Assembly (NCBI GenBank): GCA_043803405.1
Contig: JAZDKB010000009.1
Location: forward strand, 96,001-160,000
DNA: 64,000 nucleotides
From: Spirochaetota bacterium
GTDB lineage: Bacteria > Spirochaetota > UBA4802 > JAFGDQ01
Reading direction: 5' to 3'
The first letter of the stretch is position 1, and each line of letters starts with the position of its first letter. Shown here piece after piece: positions 9,628 to 18,959 of this stretch. The notes below the pieces were generated by a model. The model saw nothing but the letters and a program-made list of their open reading frames with translations. It was not told the origin of the DNA and did no database searches. The position numbers and the translations under genes were made by a program.

Positions 9628-11505
9628 ATGAAGAAAGTAGATAAAACAAAAATAAACATCAAAGTTGATAAGCTTGGCGAATCAGCCAGGAAGGAGATGT
9701 TTACCAAATTTAAAGAAGCAGGCGGGGAAGTTACAGAAGAAAAGGAGGAAACAGAAAGTATATCCAAAAAGATAAATAAAATCGGACCTATAACCGGAAA
9801 ATCAAAGGATACTGACGTAAACATCAGAAAAGATTCCCGCATTTATGCAAAAAAAACATTGTACACGAGCCAGCCGAAAACAGGGAAACCTTATTCGGAT
9901 CACAAAGCCGGATTTTTTACCACATTCTCTCAAAAAATAGCAATCCGTTTTCGTCTTTACTTTATGGACATAACGGATTTCCCGGCAGCAAATTTTAATA
10001 ACAAATTTTTTCATTCATTCAACACGGAATACAAAATTGCCCTGATGGGCATCAGATTGCTGTATATGGAATTATTCGGGCAAAACGAGGAACTGATGTA
10101 TCGTATAATGACTACGCTGGATAAAATAAATCCTCTTTACAGTCAGCTTATCGATAAAATGTCCGGGATATATAATGAAGATGAAATGAAAAATATAACC
10201 AATAAATATATCGGCTCCCCGCAAATTATCCAGCCTGTCGGCAGCATAGAAGAACCGATTCTGCACTTATTCAGGAAGATATACGTTCTTAAACCGCACG
10301 AAAAAAATATCTATGCAGCATTTCAAAAATCAATTGATCTGCATTATAAGCTTACAAATAAAAAATCTTCCGAATACAATACTAAAAGAAAAAATCTGAG
10401 AAATGATATTTTTATAATATTTGATAAATTATTCACAGCTCTTTACTGGCTTTTTTGCAGATATCAGAATAAAATTATTCCCCCGGGCTCGCCGGAAATA
10501 GATGATATTTTAAAGATTAAATATTCTAAAAAACAAAGCGAAAAAAGCGTGACACAAGTTCTTCCGGAAGAAGAAAGTCCAATAAAAGACGAAACAGAAA
10601 TATATATTAAAATCGCTGAAGGAGAAGAAAGCTCAGCAGAGCAGGAACCTGAAACAACAATACCCGAAGAAATATTAAAAGGACTACAACTTTTAAAAAG
10701 ATTCAATTTAGATAACATAAAGGACCTGCGATCCGCTTACGATTCAAATATTTCCGGCAATCTGAATAATAATGATAAAATACTGTTTATCTATTATATT
10801 TTTAAGGAATTAGACAATGAATATTCGTTCCTTCTCACTACAAATAAAATAAAATATAAATCCGGTTATTATTTGCCCGGTCACATAAATGTTAAAGAAA
10901 AACTGCTGGATTATTATAATGAGATAAAAAAATGTACAGATCTGTTCATGGAATACAGTAATGCATTTGAACTTTTTGTTAAAGTTCAGAAAGAGAAACT
11001 CTTAAGCGCTGACAGGTATATTGCGCATACAAAAGAGCTTAGCACATTTGTTGCAAGGAGGGAACAAACAGCGCGGGCAGTAAGATTTGCCGTATTGGGT
11101 TTTATAAATAATCTTTCGATCCTGTTTAAAACCCTTATGGATGATATAAATGGATCACGGGAAATAATCGAAAATCCGGACGACGTAATCAGTTTTGAAA
11201 TCACTGCGGATAAAAATAAAATACTTAACAATAAAACCATACTGGAAGCCATAACATCTGCTTATTATTTTGCCAATGCTTTTGCTTATAAACTCAGCTC
11301 ACAGGGCGATCTCTCCGGCAGTGTTGAGTTCGACGAAAAAAAAACAGATGCAAATCCTCCTGACATTAAAAACGGTAACGGGCCATCAGCTGCTTCCCCC
11401 GTTGATTCATTAGCTGACATTTCCTTAGACTCTAAAAATACTAAGAAAAAAGACACAGATGACCAGTCTATAATTGATGAACTGGATGATATATTTTCCC
11501 AATAA
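9628..11505 (+). CDS. Large helical hypothetical protein
   Basis: 625-aa ORF; no motif recognised. Confidence 0.7.
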   Translation: MKKVDKTKINIKVDKLGESARKEMFTKFKEAGGEVTEEKEETESISKKINKIGPITGKSKDTDVNIRKDSRIYAKKTLYTSQPKTGKPYSDHKAGFFTTFSQKIAIRFRLYFMDITDFPAANFNNKFFHSFNTEYKIALMGIRLLYMELFGQNEELMYRIMTTLDKINPLYSQLIDKMSGIYNEDEMKNITNKYIGSPQIIQPVGSIEEPILHLFRKIYVLKPHEKNIYAAFQKSIDLHYKLTNKKSSEYNTKRKNLRNDIFIIFDKLFTALYWLFCRYQNKIIPPGSPEIDDILKIKYSKKQSEKSVTQVLPEEESPIKDETEIYIKIAEGEESSAEQEPETTIPEEILKGLQLLKRFNLDNIKDLRSAYDSNISGNLNNNDKILFIYYIFKELDNEYSFLLTTNKIKYKSGYYLPGHINVKEKLLDYYNEIKKCTDLFMEYSNAFELFVKVQKEKLLSADRYIAHTKELSTFVARREQTARAVRFAVLGFINNLSILFKTLMDDINGSREIIENPDDVISFEITADKNKILNNKTILEAITSAYYFANAFAYKLSSQGDLSGSVEFDEKKTDANPPDIKNGNGPSAASPVDSLADISLDSKNTKKKDTDDQSIIDELDDIFSQ

Positions 11506-11588
11506 ATTGATTGACAAGCACGATTTTCAGCTTATATAATTATAACAATTATATAAGATTAATCTTAAAAACGGAGGTAATTCGCTGC

Positions 11589-12302
11589 ATGAAAAGAAAT
11601 ATTATTACTGCTTTAATTCTAAGTTTATTTATTTTTACAACAGGCTATACCCAGCAGGCGGCAAAACCTGAAGCAAAAGGGCCGGCAGAAGCTGCTCCGA
11701 AAGTTGAAGCCGTCGAGAAGGCGCCTGAAGGCAATATATACCGTGAAATTACGATTATGGATTTTGAAAACATTGAATTTAAGGACGCAGATATAATCTT
11801 TCAAAAAGCCAGAGAAGAAGAGTATAAAATTGCCATGAGAGATGAAACGCCTGCGCCAATTAATTCCAAAAAATATCTCGGCGTAAAACTCAGAGGCACA
11901 AAGAGCAACGCTATACAGATCAAATTCCCAAAAGATAAAATTCCTGTAATTGATAACTACTGCCAAAGCATCTCAGTCTGGATTTACGGAAAAAATTTTA
12001 CAGGTGAATTTGCAATATATTTAATGGACGCTACAGGAAAAACATTCAGATTATCGTTCGGAAAACTTAACTTTCAGGGATGGCATAAACTGACTAAAAT
12101 TATTCCGTCTGTAGTGGCACAAACCAATAAGTTTCTTGAGGTAAAAACAAACATAAAAATCATGAGTATGGTTTATGTTCCGGGGACCGGATTCAAACCC
12201 GGCACAACCATCCTGGATCCGGAATGGCAGACATTTTATGTTGATGATATAACAGCAAAAGTACGTGAAAAGTACAAAGACAGTCAGAACGACGAATGGT
12301 AA
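11589..12302 (+). CDS. flaA: Flagellar filament outer-layer (sheath) protein, FlaA family
   Basis: Signal peptide; YLGVK, SISVWIYGKNF, FGKLNFQGWHKL and FYVDDITA motifs; GGAGGT RBS before ATG 11589. Confidence 0.8.
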   Translation: MKRNIITALILSLFIFTTGYTQQAAKPEAKGPAEAAPKVEAVEKAPEGNIYREITIMDFENIEFKDADIIFQKAREEEYKIAMRDETPAPINSKKYLGVKLRGTKSNAIQIKFPKDKIPVIDNYCQSISVWIYGKNFTGEFAIYLMDATGKTFRLSFGKLNFQGWHKLTKIIPSVVAQTNKFLEVKTNIKIMSMVYVPGTGFKPGTTILDPEWQTFYVDDITAKVREKYKDSQNDEW

Positions 12303-12338
12303 ACTAAAGAATAAAAAAGTTATTTAACAAGATATACA

Positions 12339-12375
12339 CAAAAAAAAAGACAGGTCTATGCCTGTCTTTTTTTTT
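12339..12375. terminator. Bidirectional intrinsic terminator
   Basis: A-run, AGACAGG-tctatg-CCTGTCT stem-loop, T-run, between convergent genes. Confidence 0.85.
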
Positions 12376-12420
12376 GTAACGCTTACGGCCTCAATCCCCG
12401 GATATAAACTTACTCTTTGA

Positions 12421-13644
12421 TTACTTTCTTCCGTTTAGCATTATTTCTATCAGATCATGCGCCTTGCCGACATAATTGCCGGTTGCCTTTGCCATGTTCT
12501 CTGTAAAGCACGAATCTTTGCCGGATTTTTTGAAACCCGAAATAGTTTTACTGCTATAAATGCAAAATGGCACATCGTCTGAACTATGCGTCCTGATAAC
12601 AATAGGAGTAGGATGATCCGGCATAACCAGAACGCAATAATCGGGATATGATTTTAATCCGTAAATAACCCTTCCCACAACCTTTGAATCAAAATCTTCA
12701 ATCGATTTAATCTTATGCTTCAGGTTGCCTTCATGCCCGGATTCATCCGGAGCTTCCACATGCAGGAATACAAAGTTGGATTTTTTAATTGCTTCCAGCA
12801 ACGCATCTGCCTTACCCGTGTAATTCGTATCGACATAGCCGGTCGCTCCTTCCACGCGTAGCGGTGTAAGCCCTGCTGCCCTGCCTATTCCGTGTATAAG
12901 GTCAACAGCAGATATAGTATATCCATGCAGGCCGAAACGTTTTGCCAGCGACTCAACAGCAGGCTTTTTGCCTCCGCCCCAGAGCCATGCCGAAGCCGGC
13001 TTGCCCTTATAGCGTGTTCCGCTTTTTTTAATGATTTCGGAACCGGCAATGATATTCTGCGATTCCTTAATTATATCAATTAACTCTTTTGCCCCATCGC
13101 CTTTCGGAAAAAATGCTTCCGCTTCTTTTCCCTGAATGTCATGCGGCGGCGTGGTTTCAGCAATTCTGTTATAGGGATAATCCCTCCAAACCATTATGTT
13201 CCTGTACGAAACTCCGGGGTATAATTCAAGTTTATCTGTTGCAATTTTTTTTGCAAGTTCGCCAATTACAATCCTTGTATATTCCGTGTCTATATGATCC
13301 GCGCTGAAATCCTCCATTATTCCGTTCGCAATATTAACCAGGTTGCAGCGGAATGCAACATCTCCGGGACCTAGCTCAATGTCCATGTTAAGCGCTTCAA
13401 GCGGCGCCCTCCCGGTAAAATATCTGGAGGGATCATATCCGAATATCGAAAGGTTAGCGGTATCGCTTCCCGGGGACATGCCCTCGGGTACTGTTTTTGT
13501 GAGCCCGAAAACCCCGTTCCTTGCCAGATCGTCCATATTTGGAGTATCAGCCACCTCCAGCGGAGTTTTGTCGCCCAGCTCTTTTATCGGGTAATCGGCC
13601 ATACCGTCGCCGATCAGAATAATTATCTTTTTTTCTTTATCCAA
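12421..13644 (-). CDS. apgM: Cofactor-independent phosphoglycerate mutase (ApgM type)
   Basis: GDGMAD, PGSDTAN, HVEAPDESGHEG and PDHPTP..RTH motifs. Confidence 0.9.
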   Translation of the reverse strand: MDKEKKIIILIGDGMADYPIKELGDKTPLEVADTPNMDDLARNGVFGLTKTVPEGMSPGSDTANLSIFGYDPSRYFTGRAPLEALNMDIELGPGDVAFRCNLVNIANGIMEDFSADHIDTEYTRIVIGELAKKIATDKLELYPGVSYRNIMVWRDYPYNRIAETTPPHDIQGKEAEAFFPKGDGAKELIDIIKESQNIIAGSEIIKKSGTRYKGKPASAWLWGGGKKPAVESLAKRFGLHGYTISAVDLIHGIGRAAGLTPLRVEGATGYVDTNYTGKADALLEAIKKSNFVFLHVEAPDESGHEGNLKHKIKSIEDFDSKVVGRVIYGLKSYPDYCVLVMPDHPTPIVIRTHSSDDVPFCIYSSKTISGFKKSGKDSCFTENMAKATGNYVGKAHDLIEIMLNGRK

Positions 13645-13647
13645 GCA

Positions 13648-14064
13648 TCAGCTCCTGTCGAAAACCCGGCTTGTGCCGTCCGTGTAATGCAGGGTTTTCC
13701 ATATAGGCACGGTTTTTTTTATCGTATCAATTATATATTTTACTGAGGCGAACGATTCCTCCCTGTGCGGGGACGAAACTGCAATTATAATGCTTGCCTC
13801 TTGCAGCTCCACCCTGCCGTACCTGTGAACTACGATACAGTCCGTAATAGGCCACCTGGCAAACGCATCATCAACAATTTTATTCAGCTCCTTCAAAGCC
13901 ATTGACTCGAATATTTCATAATCAATAAATTTAACTTCGCGTTTTTCCGCTTCCTTCCTTGGCCTGCCGATGAAAACCGATACAGCACCGTTTTCTTCAG
14001 TACCTACTTCGTTTATAAACTTCGAAATTTCTATTTTCTCTTTTTGTGTCTGGATTTTTTTCAT
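13648..14064 (-). CDS. moaE: Molybdopterin synthase large subunit
   Basis: HRYG, AVSSPHREE and K..VPIWK motifs. Confidence 0.9.
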   Translation of the reverse strand: MKKIQTQKEKIEISKFINEVGTEENGAVSVFIGRPRKEAEKREVKFIDYEIFESMALKELNKIVDDAFARWPITDCIVVHRYGRVELQEASIIIAVSSPHREESFASVKYIIDTIKKTVPIWKTLHYTDGTSRVFDRS

Positions 14065-14127
14065 GGATTTTTTTTCGTTATAATAATTCGGGGGAGATGC
14101 GGCCGGTTCCGCGAAGGTTCGGGCAAT

Positions 14128-14373
14128 TTACCCGCCGCTGACCGGCGGGAAAACAGCGAGGATATCGCCGTCCTTAAGGATTCTCGATTCATCGCAATAT
14201 TCGTCATTGACAGCGAAAAGCAGTCCGCCTTTCATCTTTGACAAATTGCCGTATTTTCCGCATAAAACCTTAAGCGCATCCCCTACAGATGCTTTTTCAT
14301 TTAATTCGAATTTTTCCTCAGTAAAACCGCATGCCGTCTTTACAGAGGAAAAAGCGCTGACAGTAATTTTCAT
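14128..14373 (-). CDS. moaD: MoaD/ThiS sulfur carrier
   Basis: AVNDEY...FPPVSGG with C-terminal Gly-Gly. Confidence 0.9.
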   Translation of the reverse strand: MKITVSAFSSVKTACGFTEEKFELNEKASVGDALKVLCGKYGNLSKMKGGLLFAVNDEYCDESRILKDGDILAVFPPVSGG

Positions 14374-14424
14374 GACATATACTTTTAATGAACAGGTGAT
14401 TTTAATATATGTTCTTGTTAGTTT

Positions 14425-14796
14425 TCATTTCTTTTTTAACTTATTGTTCGTACTTCTGTTGAACATAAATAAGTAATGTTTTATATACGGCTGAATACTT
14501 TCCGAAAAATCGCCTATATTTACATCTTCGGGTTTTTTCAGGATTGTGGCAAGACTGGTTTTTGATATATCTTCATTGATTGAACTTGTAATCGTAGTTT
14601 TAAATCGTTTAATTATTTCTTTGTCGTTTGCATCGTCCGAATAGTTGTTCATTACAGAACACAGCTTCAGTAAATTTATTTTCTTTTTCTGTTTGGTTGA
14701 GGCATTTGAGACTTTGTCCGATTTCTTTTTTACTTTGGTTTTCGAATTGACCGTTGTTGCTTTTCTGCTATTGCCGGGCTTAATAGATTTAATCAT
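14425..14796 (-). CDS. Lys-rich hypothetical protein
   Basis: ORF with GGAGGA RBS before ATG at 14796. Confidence 0.6.
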   Translation of the reverse strand: MIKSIKPGNSRKATTVNSKTKVKKKSDKVSNASTKQKKKINLLKLCSVMNNYSDDANDKEIIKRFKTTITSSINEDISKTSLATILKKPEDVNIGDFSESIQPYIKHYLFMFNRSTNNKLKKK

Positions 14797-15144
14797 TAGA
14801 AATAGTCTTCCTCCGAATGTCTTTATTCGAACAATTTTAATTTTTAGTGTTAATATTGTAAACAAAATTTTAATAAGTTCCTGATGAATAATTCACGCTT
14901 CAGTGATTTATTGCATTTCCTCCGTCTGTGGCGTGAAAAACAATAAATCAGTAAAAGTTTTAACTTCCCTGGAATTTTTAAGATAAAATACCATAACACA
15001 AAAGTCTTTAATTACAGAATTGCTTTCTTTAATTTTATTGATTGGAAATATTTTAAAGAGATATTAAATATATATCGATCATTACAATAGTATGTAAATT
15101 ATAAGCTCCTTATACTGACTTTTCTATTCTTCAACCGGGAGAGA

Positions 15145-15930
15145 ATGATGAAAAATAATTTTTTATATGTTCTGTTAGTAATTATCATTGCTGTTTCAGG
15201 ATGTTCGCAGCATCGGGCTGCAGAGATAAAGCAGCAGGAAGATCAGATTAAAACTTACGAAACCGAAAAACTTATAAAATTTTTTACTACTTGTAACAGC
15301 GATATAGTAAAAGCAGTCCAGGTAATAGCAGACTATAAAATGATAGCAAACCTGACTCATCTAAAAAGAATGGACATGGAAGGCAGAAAGTATTATCTTC
15401 TCGAAAGAGAAAATCTCACAAAAATGATTAAGGCTGTTACAGAAGGAACATATTCCGATCTGATACTAATAAACAAATCCGGTGTTATAATTTATACAAT
15501 GTTAAATGACGAAATTTTCGGGCAGAATGTAAAAACTCATTTAAAAGATACTGCGTTGAACACTTGTTTTATAAATAGTTCTCAGAAGGGGTTTTATGTT
15601 GAAGATATTTCGATTTTCCCTTCTTCTAACGGCACTCCGAAATTATTTGTTTCATATCCGGATAAAATAGAAGATTTTATAAGAGGAGTATTTATTATCC
15701 AGATAAATTCTGAGATATTTAAGTCAATTTTCGAAAAAATCCCGATCATAACAGGCATGGACGGCAAATACAGGCTGGATAAAAACGATGGTAATATACT
15801 TCAGCCTTATAAATATTTTGATAAAATTATTCCCGGAAATGGCAGGCAATATTTTGAAATAGAAAACAAAAAATATTCATATTACCAGTTTAAATTCAAC
15901 TCTCTTTCATGGGTAATAATCTCTGAATAA
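15145..15930 (+). CDS. Lipoprotein with Cache-like sensor domain
   Basis: Lipobox VSGC; YSDLILINKSGVIIYT..FGQNV..FPSS..P.LFVSYP..GVFIIQI resembles chemoreceptor Cache domains. Confidence 0.65.
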   Translation: MMKNNFLYVLLVIIIAVSGCSQHRAAEIKQQEDQIKTYETEKLIKFFTTCNSDIVKAVQVIADYKMIANLTHLKRMDMEGRKYYLLERENLTKMIKAVTEGTYSDLILINKSGVIIYTMLNDEIFGQNVKTHLKDTALNTCFINSSQKGFYVEDISIFPSSNGTPKLFVSYPDKIEDFIRGVFIIQINSEIFKSIFEKIPIITGMDGKYRLDKNDGNILQPYKYFDKIIPGNGRQYFEIENKKYSYYQFKFNSLSWVIISE

Positions 15931-15951
15931 AATTCAAATTGCAGGGGCAGC

Positions 15952-17220
15952 TCAAAGTTCTTTGATTAAATCCGGTATTCTTTGATGCGCTTCACTAAAA
16001 ACATCCGGAAGTACTTCGTCCTTGCCCTTTAACAAGCCTATCTTTTGAGATAATTCTATTATCCTGGCATCGTCCAGAAATTTGACATTTGATTCGATAA
16101 GTCCTTTCAGTATGCCTGGAAAAAGAGCATAGCTGTCCATCCATCCGCTCTGAAGAAAATCCCTTACCCCTTTTTCTCTCATAATATCCGTTTGCAGATC
16201 TTTATCCAGCAGGCTGATTATTATTTGCCCTGTTCCGAATCTGTATAATTCATCGGAATCGAACTGATCCTTAAAAATAATTATTAAGTCGGAATTCTCA
16301 TAAATATGTTCATGCGTGGTGGCCAGCCCGCTTTCCCTTTCAAAACTATGCATAAATTTTAAATTATTATCGTATCCAAGGATGCGCTGAAAACCTAACT
16401 TTACAAGCAGCCTTGTTACTCTCAGAGCGCTTATACTGATACCGATCAGACCGACAGTGCAGCTATTTATATTAAAGCTGTTTTTTGTCAGTAAATGAAT
16501 AATCGCGATCAGCAGATATAGCGGGATCTCATCATAACAATGTGACAGGAGAGGCAAAGAAATTTCCTCATAAAGCCGTTCGTATAATGTTATATCATCA
16601 ATATTTTCAAGATCAATAATTCTTATAGCTCTGAATGTTGATACAACCCCAAGAAGAATTTTTACAAAATCATCGAACTGGCCCAGTCGTATCAATAGTG
16701 GGAAAGAATTAAACCCGATAAACTTTTTTAATATAATCGAATCTCTTTCTGCGATGGTATATAACTTTAAATGCTTTTGCAGCAACTCTTCTCCGGCTGT
16801 TATCCCGCATAACATCCCGATATTTCTGAAAATACCGGAATATTGACTAATACTTTCCTTGTCCTGCAGCCTGTTAAAGATCAGTTCCGCTGCTCCGAGA
16901 ACGTTCATCTCATATTCGATTAAATTGTTGAACTGGAGCTTCCCTGTAACATTCAGCATGCCTCCGGATATTTCATTTTCGATCAGGTTCTCGGTTGATG
17001 TTATCTGAAAATTTTCTTCGAATTTAACAATTTTGTTTAAGAGATCCTTATATTTTTCAATATTGGAATAGATGATTTCTATTTGAAACAGGTCTGATCC
17101 GTTTCCGTTTTCGAGTAAAGATATATTTTTGGCAGCGCAGTTTCTTTTATATACTTCATTGATTAAATGCTGTAAATATCCGGTTTTAATTCTTATAATT
17201 AATTTCGATATCAGCCGCAT
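15952..17220 (-). CDS. ACT-domain malic-enzyme homologue with degenerate active site
   Basis: Colinear by eye with ACT-containing NAD-malic enzymes (GGMLNV, F.GFNSFPL, FPGILKGL, LPDVF) but catalytic motifs are replaced. Confidence 0.7.
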   Translation of the reverse strand: MRLISKLIIRIKTGYLQHLINEVYKRNCAAKNISLLENGNGSDLFQIEIIYSNIEKYKDLLNKIVKFEENFQITSTENLIENEISGGMLNVTGKLQFNNLIEYEMNVLGAAELIFNRLQDKESISQYSGIFRNIGMLCGITAGEELLQKHLKLYTIAERDSIILKKFIGFNSFPLLIRLGQFDDFVKILLGVVSTFRAIRIIDLENIDDITLYERLYEEISLPLLSHCYDEIPLYLLIAIIHLLTKNSFNINSCTVGLIGISISALRVTRLLVKLGFQRILGYDNNLKFMHSFERESGLATTHEHIYENSDLIIIFKDQFDSDELYRFGTGQIIISLLDKDLQTDIMREKGVRDFLQSGWMDSYALFPGILKGLIESNVKFLDDARIIELSQKIGLLKGKDEVLPDVFSEAHQRIPDLIKEL

Positions 17221-17224
17221 TTTT

Positions 17225-18226
17225 CTATCTGTTCAGTTTTGCAAATATCATTCTTCCTGCAGTGGTCTGGAGAACGGAAGTGACTTCAAGTTCAACTTCC
17301 TTATTTAGCATTTTTCTGCCGTTTTCAACAACCACCATTGTACCGTCATCCAGGTATCCGATCGCCTGGCTCTGGTCTTTTCCTTCTTTAACAAGAGCGA
17401 CTTTCACTTTCTCGCCCGGCAGCATAATCGGCCTGAGAGAATTAGAAAGCTCGTTTATATTTAAGACAGGCACGCCATGAACCTCGGCAACTTTATTTAG
17501 ATTAAAATCGTTTGTGATAAGTTTTGCTTTCATATCGCCAGCAAGTTTTACCAGCTTATCATCCACTTCATTAATTTCAGGATAATCAACATCCGTAATC
17601 TTGACCATAATTACCTTGTCTTTCTGCATTTTATTCAGGATGTCAAGCCCTCTTCTTCCCCTGTTACGTTTGATTGAATCTTTGGAATCGGCCACCATCT
17701 GAAGTTCATTAATAACAAAGTGCGGTACTACAAGAATGCCTTCTATAAAACCTGTGTCGCAAATATCGAAAATTCTTCCGTCGATTATTGTGCTTGTATC
17801 CACGATTTTATAAGAGATATTTCCATCGCTCATCTTCTCCGTTTTCTCAGGCATGATTTTGTTTATAATCGCGAGATCTTCATTATGAATGACAAAAAAT
17901 ATCATCACTGAAAAAGTAATAATATGATATATAACCGCTTTTATTGTATTGAACTGCACATCATCTACAGGTAAAGAAATCAATGATATTCCCAGAATTA
18001 CAAGATGGGCAAGGATAAGCCCAAGCATTAATCCGAATATAGCGGATAAAATATTCCTCGATGACAGGGAATGGGACAGATATTCAATAAGGACTATTAT
18101 CACAAAGGAAATAACTCCTGTAACGCCAACTGAAATTATCTTTGTCATTAATGAAGAATCAAAATTATATATAAATGCTATGCTCATTGTAATTAGGATA
18201 AATAAAACCCTTAATATAATAATCAT
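17225..18226 (-). CDS. Membrane PIN/TRAM domain protein (YacL family)
   Basis: TM helices; DTSTIIDGRI, RGRRGLDIL, TNDFNLNKVA and GYLDDGTMVVVE. Confidence 0.93.
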   Translation of the reverse strand: MIIILRVLFILITMSIAFIYNFDSSLMTKIISVGVTGVISFVIIVLIEYLSHSLSSRNILSAIFGLMLGLILAHLVILGISLISLPVDDVQFNTIKAVIYHIITFSVMIFFVIHNEDLAIINKIMPEKTEKMSDGNISYKIVDTSTIIDGRIFDICDTGFIEGILVVPHFVINELQMVADSKDSIKRNRGRRGLDILNKMQKDKVIMVKITDVDYPEINEVDDKLVKLAGDMKAKLITNDFNLNKVAEVHGVPVLNINELSNSLRPIMLPGEKVKVALVKEGKDQSQAIGYLDDGTMVVVENGRKMLNKEVELEVTSVLQTTAGRMIFAKLNR

Positions 18227-18341
18227 AAATACTCCTTTAAAAAAATAATAAATAGTTCTTGAGGTGAATTAAATATAAATAAGCTTGTGAAAAACAGTTA
18301 AAATCAAGAAGCCTGTTTTATGTTTTATCAATAGGGGTCAA

Positions 18342-18824
18342 TTAAGTGGTCGAGAGCGCATCGGAAACCAGGTTGCCGGAATCTTCTATTTCAACATCCT
18401 TTGCGTATGCGATCTCGTAAATAATAAACTGATAAGCATTCTCGTAAAGCTTTCTTTCCATTATCGATAAGTCCTTTTCTTTTCCGCGCTGGTATAAATC
18501 CCGTAAAACCTCTGCGACTTTGAGTATTGATCCGCTTTTAACCTTATCAATATTATTCTGATACCTTATTTTCCAGTCTTCTTCGGTTATTTGATTGGTC
18601 TTTTTAAGAACGCTTAATACTTTACTGATTTCTTTTTTCTGAATAATGCCCCTGATACCTATTGAATCCGCATTTTTAACAGGAATCATGACTTTCATCC
18701 CGCTATTGACAATTGTAATTATATAATAATCATCCTTCTTGTTAAGAACAGTTTTTTTCTCTATTGCTTCTATTACGCCTATCCCGTGCATCGGATAAAC
18801 TATTTTATCGCCAACTTTATACAT
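18342..18824 (-). CDS. carD: CarD family transcriptional regulator
   Basis: GDKIVYPMHGIG, WKIRY and LS..ERKLY motifs. Confidence 0.93.
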   Translation of the reverse strand: MYKVGDKIVYPMHGIGVIEAIEKKTVLNKKDDYYIITIVNSGMKVMIPVKNADSIGIRGIIQKKEISKVLSVLKKTNQITEEDWKIRYQNNIDKVKSGSILKVAEVLRDLYQRGKEKDLSIMERKLYENAYQFIIYEIAYAKDVEIEDSGNLVSDALSTT

Positions 18825-18959
18825 TTTAAACTCCTGAAGGATGAAAAACTCTCAATTAAGGCGCACCTTAAAATCCGAAAAAGCAAGTAAAAAAACATCT
18901 TTTAAGACACATTCTTATCAAATACACAAATATTATTGAATTTCAACAACTATTTTTAA

